Source: Candidatus Latescibacterota bacterium
Lineage (GTDB): Bacteria; Latescibacterota; UBA2968; UBA8231
Reading direction: 5' to 3'
DNA length: 64,000 nt
Assembly (NCBI GenBank): GCA_965261395.1
Contig: OZ253462.1
Coordinates: forward strand, 5,344,001-5,408,000
Below are positions 30,722-40,986 of this stretch, one piece after another; positions within the stretch are counted from its first letter, which is position 1, and the number at the start of each line of letters is the position of its first letter. A program made the position numbers and the translations under genes. The notes under the pieces were generated by a model, which ran no database searches, had not been told where the DNA came from, and saw nothing but the letters and a program-made list of their open reading frames with translations.

Positions 30722-31010
30722 TACGGACCAGCGAATAGTCTAGGCGGAACAGAACCAAATCCATGGCCACCTTCCAGATGCTTTTGTGCAACGAGGAGTT
30801 TATGGCCGAGGTGGGGAACTGGCCCTGCGCTTGACGGGCGTATTGGAGCGGGAAGCAGGCGAATGGAAGTTCGCGCAGATCCACGCTTCCATAGGGGTGG
30901 CCTAGCGCGAGGAACTTGCGCCGCCGATGGGAAAACGCTCCATTACCTGTTAGGCTCCCTTTGCGCGTCCTATATTTGGATCATTGGCTTGGCTCAACCG
31001 GATAAATCCC

Positions 31011-33314
31011 ATGCGCAACGCCATCCTCGTGAGTGCCCTAGTGCTCGCCACGCCCCTCGCGGGCGACCAACTCCGCATCGCCACCTCGAACGACTGGCAC
31101 CAATGGCAACTGCCCGGCGACGCCGTCGAGGTCGCACGCGGTACGCTCAAACCCTCCTTTGTCCGCCGCAATATCAACGCCGTCGCCAACGCCTTTGACT
31201 TTGCCGGCGGCATCCGCAAAGTAGGCTCCAACCCCGGCGACGCCCTCAAGCTCATCGATGGCGACCTAGCCACCTATTGGGCTCCCGATCCGACCGCCAG
31301 CGTAGAGGACTGGTGGATCGAAGTCGATCTGGGGCGCGTTGTATCGGCGCGCAAAATTGAGCTCCACTTCGCCGCCGACAGCACCCCGCTGGAGTTTTTC
31401 AAAATCCTCACCTCCGACGGCGAGCCTTTCTTCAGCAATGCCAATTCCATTCTTCCCGGCACGCTGCGCTACAACAAGCGCTGGCGCTATAGCTTTAACG
31501 AATCACACCTCATCGAGATTGACTACCAGCTCAAGCCGCTCAAGAATATCCGCATCGCGGCCGACCTGCCCACGGAGCATATCCGCCTGACCGAGGTAGT
31601 GGTCGAGAGCGTCGGCGACAACCTTTCGCTGGGGATCTGGGGCCGGGGAGGCAGCGTCGAAATTGTCTCTGAGGCCACCTCTAAGATCGGCCGTACCCTC
31701 ATCGAGTCGAAGGGGATCAGCAATACCCTCGTCGATGGCGATATTACCACCTATTGGGGTACGGTGCATCGCGGCGGCTCCGGCACGCAGCCCGAACAAC
31801 AGATCGGACAGTTCGAGATTGACCTAGGTGCGCTGTATTGGGTGGACAGGGTGCGAATGCTCGGTGATGCCAGTGGCATCGCGCCTAAGGCGGCGTGCGG
31901 CGATTGTGGCCGGCAACGTCAATTCAACTACCTCTGGTACCAATTCTTCGCCTCGGACGGATCGAAGGCACCGGATGGCTCGCTGAGCTGGGAGCTGCTG
32001 GGCGAATTGCCCTCGGATCGCCGCAACCTAACGCAAGTCCGCCATTTCCAGGAGCGCTTCCCGCTGCGCAAGGTGCGCCACGTGCGGCTGCTCTTCCCCA
32101 TGTCCGAGGGCTTCGAAGCCTTTAACGGCCGCATCGGCACCACGGCCGAGTGGCAGGTCTTCGGCGAGGGCCACCCGGCCGCGGTGATGGCGCGCTCGCC
32201 GATTTACGACCTGGGCTCCATCCAGCATATTGCGGAAATAGGCTGGGCAATCGACGCACCGCCGCAGACGCGCGTCGAAATTCGCAGCCGCACCGGCAAC
32301 CTCCTCGACAACCAGCACATCTTTTACGATAAAAACGGCAAGCAAGTCACCGAGAGGAAATACAACAAGCTGATCCCCAGCTTCAAAGGGGCCATCGACA
32401 CCGTCCGCACCGCTGGAGCCGACTGGAGCAACTGGAGCCGGGCCTACGCGACCTCCGGACAGGTCTTCCTCTCCCCCGGCCCTCGGCGCTACGTGCAGTT
32501 GGACATCCACTTCCTCTCCGAAGACCCTTTCGCCACCGCGACCTTAGACGATATCGTCCTCGAATTCGGCAACCCGCTGGCCCAACAGACGCGCGCCGAA
32601 GTCTTTCCCATCGAGGTTTCCCCCGGCGAAATGAGCCAATTTACCTACTATCTTCGCTCCGACTTCGTCTCGTCCAGCCGGGGCTTTGATCAGATCCAAC
32701 TGGCCTCCACCGCTGGGGCCACCTTCCGTGCGCTGCGGCTCGCCGGCGAGCCGGTCACCGCCCCGGTCGAAGAAACCGAAAATGGCTTTAAGATCCTCCT
32801 CGCTGAGCCGGTGCGACGCTCGGCCCTAATCGAAATTGACTTCGAGAGCATCCTCTATCTCAACCAGACCCGCTTCGAAGCCTTTCTCTTCAACAGCACC
32901 CTGTCAACTACCTCGCGTCAACAGGTTGACCCCGGCGACGCCGAGGCCGCCATTACCAGCGACCGGACCTTTGTCTCCTTGCCCACCGACGGGCGACTCT
33001 TTGCGGACTTCTCGCTATCGAACCGAGTACTGACTCCCAATGGCGACGGCATCTCAGACCAGTTGCAAATTGACCTCGACCTGTTCAAAATGCTCGACCC
33101 GCGACCGGTCATCATCGGCGTCTATAACTTAACTGGCCACCGGGTCGCCCTCATCAGCGACGCGGCCACCACGGCCGGTCACCAGACCTATCAATGGGAC
33201 GGCCGCGACAGCCAAGGCCGCACCGTTGCGCCCGGGATCTACATCCTCCGCGTCACGGCTGAAGGCGACGCGCTGACCCGCAGCGAGAACCGCCTGATCT
33301 CGGTAGTCTACTGA
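31011..33314 (+). CDS. Secreted discoidin-like / FlgD-Ig C-terminal protein (paralogue 4)
   Basis: Signal peptide MRNAILVSAL; LIDGDLATYW..VDLGR; YDKNGKQVTERKYNKLIPSFKG; LTPNGDGISD..WDGRD..SVVY. Confidence 0.82.
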   Translation: MRNAILVSALVLATPLAGDQLRIATSNDWHQWQLPGDAVEVARGTLKPSFVRRNINAVANAFDFAGGIRKVGSNPGDALKLIDGDLATYWAPDPTASVEDWWIEVDLGRVVSARKIELHFAADSTPLEFFKILTSDGEPFFSNANSILPGTLRYNKRWRYSFNESHLIEIDYQLKPLKNIRIAADLPTEHIRLTEVVVESVGDNLSLGIWGRGGSVEIVSEATSKIGRTLIESKGISNTLVDGDITTYWGTVHRGGSGTQPEQQIGQFEIDLGALYWVDRVRMLGDASGIAPKAACGDCGRQRQFNYLWYQFFASDGSKAPDGSLSWELLGELPSDRRNLTQVRHFQERFPLRKVRHVRLLFPMSEGFEAFNGRIGTTAEWQVFGEGHPAAVMARSPIYDLGSIQHIAEIGWAIDAPPQTRVEIRSRTGNLLDNQHIFYDKNGKQVTERKYNKLIPSFKGAIDTVRTAGADWSNWSRAYATSGQVFLSPGPRRYVQLDIHFLSEDPFATATLDDIVLEFGNPLAQQTRAEVFPIEVSPGEMSQFTYYLRSDFVSSSRGFDQIQLASTAGATFRALRLAGEPVTAPVEETENGFKILLAEPVRRSALIEIDFESILYLNQTRFEAFLFNSTLSTTSRQQVDPGDAEAAITSDRTFVSLPTDGRLFADFSLSNRVLTPNGDGISDQLQIDLDLFKMLDPRPVIIGVYNLTGHRVALISDAATTAGHQTYQWDGRDSQGRTVAPGIYILRVTAEGDALTRSENRLISVVY

Positions 33315-33486
33315 TGGCATTTTATTTTTGACAACGCTCGATACTGCCTACCCCGGTCGCTGCGACTTCCTCAGGACGTTGAGGCTGACGCCTCCCTAGG
33401 TGCTGGGGACCCGACCCACAGAACGCCGTTTTGGCGCTCTAATCTCAAACCCACATAAGGAGACATTCATGGCCAAGATCAAGGAA
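33308..33486 (+). repeat. Direct repeat B2: functional leader and start of the dehydratase gene
   Basis: Matches 30542-30721. Confidence 0.93.
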
Positions 33487-34677
33487 GTCCGCTGCATCCG
33501 CACCCGCCGAAACGGCACGTGGGTCATCGTCAAAATCATCACCGACCAGCCCGGCCTCTACGGCATCGGCTCGGCCAGCGAGCACAACCACGCCGCCACC
33601 GTCGCCACGGCCCTCGAAGAAAGCCTAGGACCGCTGCTGATTGGCCGCGAGGCCAGCCGCATCGAAGACATCTGGCAATGCGTGTACAACAGCGGCTACT
33701 GGCGCAGCGGCTCCATCCTCAACGCCGCGCTGGGCGGCATTGACATGGCCCTATGGGACATCAAGGGCAAAGAGGCCGGGATGCCCGTGTACGAACTGCT
33801 AGGCGGAGCCTGCCGCGCGGCGGTCCCCTGCTACGCCCACGCCGGCGGCGGCGACCACGAGGCGCTCGCCGATGACATCCAGCGCTACATCGACGAGGGC
33901 TGGCCGGTAATCCGCTGCCAGCTCGGCGGCTATGGCGGCGGCGGGTTCGTGGAAAACGCGATCAAGCCGCGCAATGCCTGGTCGGCGGCACCGGCCTTTG
34001 ACGACGAAGCCTATCTAGAGGCAATTCCCGCGATGTTCGAGTACTTGCGCAACAAGCTAGGTTTTGGCCCCAAGCTCACCCACGACGTCCACGAGCATCT
34101 CAAACCCCAAATCGCGGTGGCACTGGCCAAGCGGCTGGAGCCGTATCGGCTGTTTTTCCTCGAAGACGCGCTTGCGCCCGAGCAGATCGGCTGGTACCGG
34201 CTCATGCGCCAGCAATGCACCACGCCGCAGGCCATGGGTGAGCTATTCGTCAATGTTCACGAATACCTGCCGCTGATCAGCGAACGCCTCATCGACTACG
34301 TCCGCGTACGGGTAGCTAAAGGCGGCGGCATCACCCCCTGCCGCAAAATCGCCGCGCTCTGCGAGTTTTACGGAGTGCAGACGGCTTGGCAGGAAGGCGG
34401 AGACAACGATCCGGTCAACCAAGCGGCAGCCATGCATCTCGATATGTCGAGCTATAGCTTCGGGATTCAGGAGGAAAACGGTTTCAGTCCAGCAGAGCTA
34501 GAAGCGTTCCCCGGACACGCGACCATGAAAGGAGGGTACATGTATCCCAACGACCAGCCAGGGCTAGGGGTCGATATCGACGAGGAAAAGGCGAAGAATC
34601 TGTTGGTCGGGGATCAGGTGCGCGCCTTTTACGCAGCCGAGGACCGCCGGGCCGACGGGAGCGTGGTGCGGCCCTGA
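33469..34677 (+). CDS. ManD/RspA-like dehydratase (enolase superfamily)
   Basis: TDQPGLYGIG, DMALWDIKGK, HDVHE, FFLED, AMGEL, PGLGVD. Confidence 0.88.
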   Translation: MAKIKEVRCIRTRRNGTWVIVKIITDQPGLYGIGSASEHNHAATVATALEESLGPLLIGREASRIEDIWQCVYNSGYWRSGSILNAALGGIDMALWDIKGKEAGMPVYELLGGACRAAVPCYAHAGGGDHEALADDIQRYIDEGWPVIRCQLGGYGGGGFVENAIKPRNAWSAAPAFDDEAYLEAIPAMFEYLRNKLGFGPKLTHDVHEHLKPQIAVALAKRLEPYRLFFLEDALAPEQIGWYRLMRQQCTTPQAMGELFVNVHEYLPLISERLIDYVRVRVAKGGGITPCRKIAALCEFYGVQTAWQEGGDNDPVNQAAAMHLDMSSYSFGIQEENGFSPAELEAFPGHATMKGGYMYPNDQPGLGVDIDEEKAKNLLVGDQVRAFYAAEDRRADGSVVRP

Positions 34678-34707
34678 GTGGCGGGGCCTAGTGAAGTTCT
34701 CCTTTGC

Positions 34708-36360
34708 TCATCGGGCGATCAGCATCGTCACCCGCTGCGGCTCGGTTCCCAGCGGCAGTCTCCGGGCCCCGTGTGCATCTCGTAGCGTGAACGGGTGATG
34801 CATGAGGATGTCCTGCTTGCCGTCCTTGTTGAGGTCCACTAGCCAGGTGTGTTCCTCGTCGTTGGGCACGGCGACCGCAACGTCCTGAGGCCGCTGGGAA
34901 AACAGGTCCGGCCCCGACACGCCGACAAAGATGTCCAGGTGCCTCGGGTGCTGCCCGATGAGCAGGTCGGAGAGGCCGTCGCCGGTCACATCCCCGATGA
35001 GCAAAGTCGAGTTGAACGCGCGCGGCCAACTCTTTTGTGTCTTGCGGCGTTCGTGCGTCGCCCCTCGAAGCACGATGTCCAGTGGCACCCACCCCGGCTC
35101 CTTATGGCTGGGTACGCCGTCCAACGCGATTCTGCGGATGGCGTCGGGTGTGTCGGGATAGCGGCCCCCTTCCATGTGGTAGAACTCGAGATCCAGCCAG
35201 ATGTCATCGCCCATGAACCCCTTGATGCTCTTCCAGAGGCTGCCTTCGAGAAAGTCGAGATCAATGGTTGTCAACATAAGATCAACCTGGCCGTCGCGAT
35301 CAAAGTCGTGTCGGTCCATCCCGAGTTGGATGCTGCCATCAGACTGAAACGTGGCTCCGACCTCCGGCGCAAACGCGGTGCCGCCATCGGCTGTTGGCAT
35401 GCCGAAATGCACCTCGTAGGTGGAACGCTTGCTGGAAATGCTCCGGCCCTCCAGCGAGAAGACCACCAAGTCGGTGACGCCGTCGCCGTTCAGGTCGGTT
35501 AGCGAGTGCAGCACCTTCCCCGTCATATCTCCGGTAGCGAGCGAAGAGAGGTCGTCGGAGTCGAATGCTACATCGGTCGTGAAGGTCTCCGCCTCCGGGG
35601 CAAACAGCCCACGCTCGTCTTGGAGATGAACCTCGAAGTGGTCCTCCTTCCAGAACACTAGATCGCGGCGACCATCTCGGTTGTAGTCTATCTCGTGGAC
35701 ACGACTCTGAGACCAAGGATTGTATCTATAGCCATCGGCTCCGTAGATCCTACTCATGTCGGTGGAGGGGCCGATCTTCACGGGATCGGCGAACGCACCG
35801 TCGCTCATCTGGATGAACACCCAGAAGCCATCGACGTCCGGCACGACCAAGTCGTCGCGCCCGTCGCCGTTCACGTCCCGCGTAACATTTACATGGGGGA
35901 TTTCGCTGCTACGCGGCGGATTGAAGTTGGAAGTCGCCGCCACCAGCGTGCGTTCTGTCGCCGATTCGGGATCGAACCAGTTCAGGCGGCCGGACTCGTA
36001 CGCAATCAAGCGGTCGCGTCCGCCGATATTGGCCACATCGATGAACAATACTTCGGGACACAGCGTTGCGTCGAGTAGCGGTTCCCAAGTGCTGTCGCCG
36101 AACGCGTACACGCGCAAGCGGTGGTCGTCGTTTTCGTCGATGTTCACCACGGCCAGTTCGGCCATAGCACCACCGAGCAGGAACCCCGTCAAAACGGCCT
36201 GGCGTTCCGCCGAGCCGATGACGACCTCGTACTGCTCGAAAGTGAATTCCGCGGCGGCCGGCATCATCGGCTCAGCCCCAATAGCGACTTGTGCCTGAGT
36301 CGAGAAACTGAAGGTTACACTCAAAAAGATGCAGATCAGACGAGCAATCGAGCGTGTCAT
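34708..36360 (-). CDS. Secreted FG-GAP/VCBS repeat protein
   Basis: Signal peptide; DVNGDGRDDL, DYNRDGRRDL, DLNGDGVTDL, DFDRDGQVDL, DVTGDGLSDL, DLNKDGKQDI. Confidence 0.88.
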   Translation of the reverse strand: MTRSIARLICIFLSVTFSFSTQAQVAIGAEPMMPAAAEFTFEQYEVVIGSAERQAVLTGFLLGGAMAELAVVNIDENDDHRLRVYAFGDSTWEPLLDATLCPEVLFIDVANIGGRDRLIAYESGRLNWFDPESATERTLVAATSNFNPPRSSEIPHVNVTRDVNGDGRDDLVVPDVDGFWVFIQMSDGAFADPVKIGPSTDMSRIYGADGYRYNPWSQSRVHEIDYNRDGRRDLVFWKEDHFEVHLQDERGLFAPEAETFTTDVAFDSDDLSSLATGDMTGKVLHSLTDLNGDGVTDLVVFSLEGRSISSKRSTYEVHFGMPTADGGTAFAPEVGATFQSDGSIQLGMDRHDFDRDGQVDLMLTTIDLDFLEGSLWKSIKGFMGDDIWLDLEFYHMEGGRYPDTPDAIRRIALDGVPSHKEPGWVPLDIVLRGATHERRKTQKSWPRAFNSTLLIGDVTGDGLSDLLIGQHPRHLDIFVGVSGPDLFSQRPQDVAVAVPNDEEHTWLVDLNKDGKQDILMHHPFTLRDAHGARRLPLGTEPQRVTMLIAR

Positions 36361-36464
36361 TATTTCTGAATCGCGTCCCTTTCACGTTTCCTCGGATAGG
36401 ACCATCACTGGCGTCGCTTACTTTAACACCGTCGCCAGTGATATGCGTTACTCGTCAAGATGTC

Positions 36465-38948
36465 CTAGCGGATCAAGGCCATCCGCCCCACCGCAGTAAA
36501 ATCCGCTCCACCGCTGAGTCGGTACAAATAGACGCCGCTGGCGGCCGGCCGACCTTCGTCGTCGCGGCCGTTCCAAGGGGTGCGATACTGACCAGCCGTC
36601 AGCGTCTCTCCACTGTGCAGGGCGCGGACGCGGCGTCCCAGCACGTCGTACACCACGAGGCGCACCGGCGCGGTCCTCGCCACGTCAAAGGCGATGACCG
36701 TATTGGCGTTGAATGGATTGGGCCAGTTGCCGTGCAACCGAAACGCTTCGGGCACTCCTGCGGCCTGTTCGGCAATCGCCGTCTGAACCTGATTCGGAGC
36801 TCCCGGCGTAGGAGTATTTACGGTCTGAAAATCGCCCGTGATATCCGGCACGCGCGCCCAACTCGTCCCCTCATCGGCCTGTCCCTTTTCCCAGTCAATC
36901 TGAGCGACCAAGGTGCCGTCTGCCGTCCAGATGCCCAGCTCTTCGTCGCGGCCGAGGGCAAAGCCGGGCCACCCGTCTTTATCTAGCTGAATCTGTAGAA
37001 ACTCACCCGCCTCAATGACCGTGCCAGCCGGAAAGGAGATGCGCTTACTTTCGTCCGTCAGGTCGTCGGCCATCACAAAGTCCGCAAGATCTATCATCTC
37101 ATCCGAGGCATTGTAGAGTTCAAACCAATCGAGGGGATCGCCTTGGGCGGCGACCTCGTTGATAACCAGTCCAATCTCTGCCCCGGCTTCGTCGCCGTCT
37201 TCTGCTACCGTGTCCCCTCCTCCGCCAAAGCTGAATAAGGTGCCATAAAACCGGCCCGAAATTTTCGCGCCCGGCTCCGTGCTGGCCTCGCTGAATTCAA
37301 TCCCTCCCTTGGCAATTAGTTCAAACTGGTCCGGATCGCTATCAGGCGATGGCAACGACAAGCGGTAGCCACGGACTGCATTCATGTCGATGGGTAAGCT
37401 GGCACCGCTCACCACCCATTCCACCGGCAGCGAAGCGGTGATAATGTCGATGTTTTTTCCAAGGCTGATAATGGATAAAGACGCCCTGTCCTTGTCCGTG
37501 CGCCCTTCATCCTCTTCAAAGCCGGCTATGGCTCCCGAGAGCCCAAAGCCCTGCTCTTTTCCTCCTAGCTTGTACTCAGTGAACTCGACCGTCCCTTCCC
37601 CCAGCGGATTCTCGCTTGCACTCGATCCCCATGTCGTCTCAAAGTGCAGATCAAACACGCCCCTTTCCGGCCAGCAGATATCGGCTGCGGCCAGCGGCCA
37701 AGACCAAGTGGACGGCTCTGGATCGAGATCGGCCAAAATCACCGCGCGCCGCGCGCGGATGAACCGGCGCACCCGGTCTGCGTCGCGGGCGGCATCCGCG
37801 CGCCTTTTGGCCAGCGCGTGCTGCTGGACGATCGCCGCCATCTCGTCGGCGAGGTCGAGCAGTTCTTCTTCGTTCCAGACCGTGTCGAGCAGTTGCTTGA
37901 GGCGGGCTACATAGGCGGCTCGCATCGCGTCTTCGCGGTATAAACGGTGGGCAATGGCCCCGTGCGCCATGACCGCAGGCGGCGACACAAAGTCGTCAAA
38001 GGGGCCATCGGTCGAGGTAAAAACTTGATCTGCGCCCCAAGGCATGAACACAAAAGGTGCCTCCGGCTCGCGGTACACGTAGAAATTATTGCGGTTGCCG
38101 GCGTACCCATCCCAGTGCCCGATCAGCACTTCGACGGCCCAGAAGGTGAGGAAGCTGTCGAGGTCAATGGCAGCGGCGAGGGCTTCTAAGCCGGCCGGGG
38201 AGGGGTCTTGCAGCGCGGCGACGATCGCGTCGATATCCGACCAATCCGCTTCTGCCTCGTTGGTTTTCTTCTGCAAGGTGCCGCGCCATTCGGGCCGAAA
38301 ATCGCTGACGGTCCCCTCGTAAAAATTGCCGCTTGGATCGGAGAAATTGCGCTCTAAAAAGGCGGTTTTCATGCTCTCGACGTGTACGTACAAGCCCAAG
38401 TTTTCGCCGTTTACCGCAACGGTAGCAAAGTTGCAGCGCGGTGCTGGCAGACCGGCGGCAGCAAAGACGTGATAGGCCATACAGGTATTGAGCATCGACG
38501 GGTCCTGCTGAACATTATTCAGCGTCAGGCGCTTCATCGCATCGCCGAGGAGCTGACCGTCGATGAACTTGTCGAAGCGGACCTTGAGCGCGGGTTTCAC
38601 CTTACTCAGCGATCCGATGAACCCTTTCTTGCGGACGCCGACTTGGGTGTGGGTTTCGCCGTCCACGGTTACGGTCGCCTCGAACCAAGTGAAGACCTCA
38701 TCCGCGGGGCTGTCGAGGCAGTCGGCACCACCGAGTATATCCGCGAGAGTCCGCGTCTGGGCGCGCAGGCGATCCCAATCCTCGGGTGCCATCTCAATGC
38801 TCACGTCGAGCACGCGGTCGAGGGCGAAGTAGGGGTCGCTGGGATGGGACGTGTCCGCAGCCACTTGGCCAGATGTTGGATGGACGGCCAAGAGTAATGC
38901 CGCGAGCACTATATGCGCGACCGCAAGTACGCTCTGGTGGTTTTTCAT
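36465..38948 (-). CDS. CotH kinase-family protein with lamin-tail domain and T9SS type A-like/FlgD C-terminus
   Basis: VGVRKKG, HWDGY..NRNNFY, PWGAD; VINEV..DWFELYN; NWPNPFN..SGVYLYRL. Confidence 0.88.
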   Translation of the reverse strand: MKNHQSVLAVAHIVLAALLLAVHPTSGQVAADTSHPSDPYFALDRVLDVSIEMAPEDWDRLRAQTRTLADILGGADCLDSPADEVFTWFEATVTVDGETHTQVGVRKKGFIGSLSKVKPALKVRFDKFIDGQLLGDAMKRLTLNNVQQDPSMLNTCMAYHVFAAAGLPAPRCNFATVAVNGENLGLYVHVESMKTAFLERNFSDPSGNFYEGTVSDFRPEWRGTLQKKTNEAEADWSDIDAIVAALQDPSPAGLEALAAAIDLDSFLTFWAVEVLIGHWDGYAGNRNNFYVYREPEAPFVFMPWGADQVFTSTDGPFDDFVSPPAVMAHGAIAHRLYREDAMRAAYVARLKQLLDTVWNEEELLDLADEMAAIVQQHALAKRRADAARDADRVRRFIRARRAVILADLDPEPSTWSWPLAAADICWPERGVFDLHFETTWGSSASENPLGEGTVEFTEYKLGGKEQGFGLSGAIAGFEEDEGRTDKDRASLSIISLGKNIDIITASLPVEWVVSGASLPIDMNAVRGYRLSLPSPDSDPDQFELIAKGGIEFSEASTEPGAKISGRFYGTLFSFGGGGDTVAEDGDEAGAEIGLVINEVAAQGDPLDWFELYNASDEMIDLADFVMADDLTDESKRISFPAGTVIEAGEFLQIQLDKDGWPGFALGRDEELGIWTADGTLVAQIDWEKGQADEGTSWARVPDITGDFQTVNTPTPGAPNQVQTAIAEQAAGVPEAFRLHGNWPNPFNANTVIAFDVARTAPVRLVVYDVLGRRVRALHSGETLTAGQYRTPWNGRDDEGRPAASGVYLYRLSGGADFTAVGRMALIR

Positions 38949-39011
38949 TTGTTCCTCTTCGTTTAACTGGATAAAGTCGTCAAATACCGGCGTCGAAACC
39001 GCATTAAACAC

Positions 39012-40979
39012 TCAACCGTGCAGGATGGGATGGCCGTTGCCGGTAAAAAATACCACATCCACGAGGAAGGAAAGACCAACGCCGAGGAAGTAGCCGGCGA
39101 TTAGTCCGATGAAGAACGGCGCGGCTTTGCGGTATAGTTCGATGCCGCCAAAGCGCATAATCAGGCTCTTGGCCGCCCACGCCACAAAGATCGCCGGAGC
39201 TTGGTTGCGCACCATCCAGATCGCGGAGATGGCCAAGCCCACCGGGTGCAGGGGCCACCACGGAAAGCGATACTGCATAAATGTCAAAACTGACATCGCC
39301 GCCGCGCCGATGCCGAAGAAGCTGAGCTTTTGCGCGTGGAAATCGGCCGGGGCCTTGATCTTGGCCATCACATCGCCAAAGGCCATCACGCCAGCACCCG
39401 AGGAGACGCGGAAGATCCAAGAATTGAAGTTGGAAGCCCCCTGCTCGTAGGCCATGGAGATGAGATTGGTCAGCGAAACCGCAAAGGACAGCACCACGGC
39501 TAAGGCGATGGCCAAGACAAAGCCGCGGCGGGCAATGTGCAGGCTGTGCTGCAGCTTGGCAGCGTGCGCGGCCGAGGGCATGAAGATGGACTGCACATCG
39601 CCGAAAAAGGCATAGGTCAGCCCCAAGGCCGCCAAACCCGTCGGCGAAATGGCGCTGGTGCCCAGCGTCATCATGGTCATCGCCTGACTGACAACAGGCG
39701 TGGTCAGGTAGAACACGCCGGTCTGCACCACCAAGCGCGTAATACCCAAATAGGCGATGAGGACGCCAGCCAAAAAGAGCATGGCTACCGACCACTCCAT
39801 GCCAGCCTTGTGCAGCCAAATTAGCATGTAGAAGGTACCCAACAAGAGGCCCAGCACGGCGGCGCGATAGGACATCAACTCGCGGCGGTCATCAATCGGG
39901 TAGGCCGGATTCCACGCCTTGCGGAACACGTCCTTGAGGTGGTCGCGCGCCATCCACAACCCCCACAGCACCAGCACCACAAACGCCCCCCAACACTGCC
40001 AAGATGTCGAAGGCAGCCCCCAGACGAATTTATCCGCCTCGGTGACGCCGAGGCCAAAGCGATTGAACAAACCCTCTTCGAGCAGCGTCAGCAAAAAGAA
40101 GAACCAAATGCTGAAGGTCACATTGAGGTTGGCAAAGTACATGAAGCCAATGACCGGGAAGTAGAAGCGGATGTTAATGGTCGGAAAGCCGTGCGCGATT
40201 TGGATGGGATGGTGCCATTCGATCTTGGGAAAGAAGTGAAAGAAAAAGCCGACGATGTTCCATAAGACAATGCACAGCGGAATGGCCGCCCCTGCCCAGA
40301 AGACTTTGCTGTACATGACCGCTGGCAGTCGGCGGGAGCTATCGGCGTTGGCGACGAGGGCCTGGGGCACTTCCATTAGCGGGTAGGCCAACCGCTCGCG
40401 CTCGACCCACTGCTTGCGCAGGATGACCACTACACAGAAGCAGACTAGGTATAAAGTCCAGATAAAACTCAGCCACCAAAACAGCGGCATGGCCCAGGCG
40501 GCTAGCAAGGTGCCCCAGGGGGTGGGTTCGCCAAGAGGTAGCCCCTCGAAAAACCAAGTCATGGCCAAGCCGTCGTTGGACGGCAGCAGCCAAGCGGGCA
40601 GGTAGGGCAAAACGTACGTGCCCCACTGATTCTCCGCGGACGCAAAGTAATACGGCGTCGTCGGTATGGCTAGGAAGTAGCCGATGAGAAAAACCGGGAT
40701 GCCGGTGCAGACCAAGCCCATGACGACGACGGTGATCATCTCGGCGGGGCGCAGTGCCCAGTTCGCGTTGAGGGTCTTCAGCAGAGCATTGGCGAAGATG
40801 AGGCAGATAAAGAGAAACCCCACCCCAATCGGAAAGAACGACCACGTCATCTCAGACGAGCCAAACGTCCAGATCGAGTGCGGTGCTCCCAAGCTGATCA
40901 ACACCACCACGGCGCAGCCCACGAGCAAGGAGCGCACGGTGACGCCTGTGCCCTCTTGCTGTACCGGATGGGTTGCCAA
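39012..40979 (-). CDS. Polytopic membrane protein, DUF6785/DUF6784-like putative transporter (copy 1)
   Basis: Many TM segments; LRKQWVERERLAYPL, WWPLHPVG, RFGG..YRK..PFFIG. Confidence 0.78.
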   Translation of the reverse strand: MATHPVQQEGTGVTVRSLLVGCAVVVLISLGAPHSIWTFGSSEMTWSFFPIGVGFLFICLIFANALLKTLNANWALRPAEMITVVVMGLVCTGIPVFLIGYFLAIPTTPYYFASAENQWGTYVLPYLPAWLLPSNDGLAMTWFFEGLPLGEPTPWGTLLAAWAMPLFWWLSFIWTLYLVCFCVVVILRKQWVERERLAYPLMEVPQALVANADSSRRLPAVMYSKVFWAGAAIPLCIVLWNIVGFFFHFFPKIEWHHPIQIAHGFPTINIRFYFPVIGFMYFANLNVTFSIWFFFLLTLLEEGLFNRFGLGVTEADKFVWGLPSTSWQCWGAFVVLVLWGLWMARDHLKDVFRKAWNPAYPIDDRRELMSYRAAVLGLLLGTFYMLIWLHKAGMEWSVAMLFLAGVLIAYLGITRLVVQTGVFYLTTPVVSQAMTMMTLGTSAISPTGLAALGLTYAFFGDVQSIFMPSAAHAAKLQHSLHIARRGFVLAIALAVVLSFAVSLTNLISMAYEQGASNFNSWIFRVSSGAGVMAFGDVMAKIKAPADFHAQKLSFFGIGAAAMSVLTFMQYRFPWWPLHPVGLAISAIWMVRNQAPAIFVAWAAKSLIMRFGGIELYRKAAPFFIGLIAGYFLGVGLSFLVDVVFFTGNGHPILHG

Positions 40980-40986
40980 CGCGGCC

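Noticed and set aside
30704-31198. 164-aa ORF beginning MAKIKE
   Set aside because: Only the first six codons are homologous to the dehydratase; the rest is read-through overlapping the real gene out of frame.
21753-33314. Diversity-generating retroelement or prophage
   Set aside because: No reverse transcriptase, TR/VR pair or phage structural genes seen.
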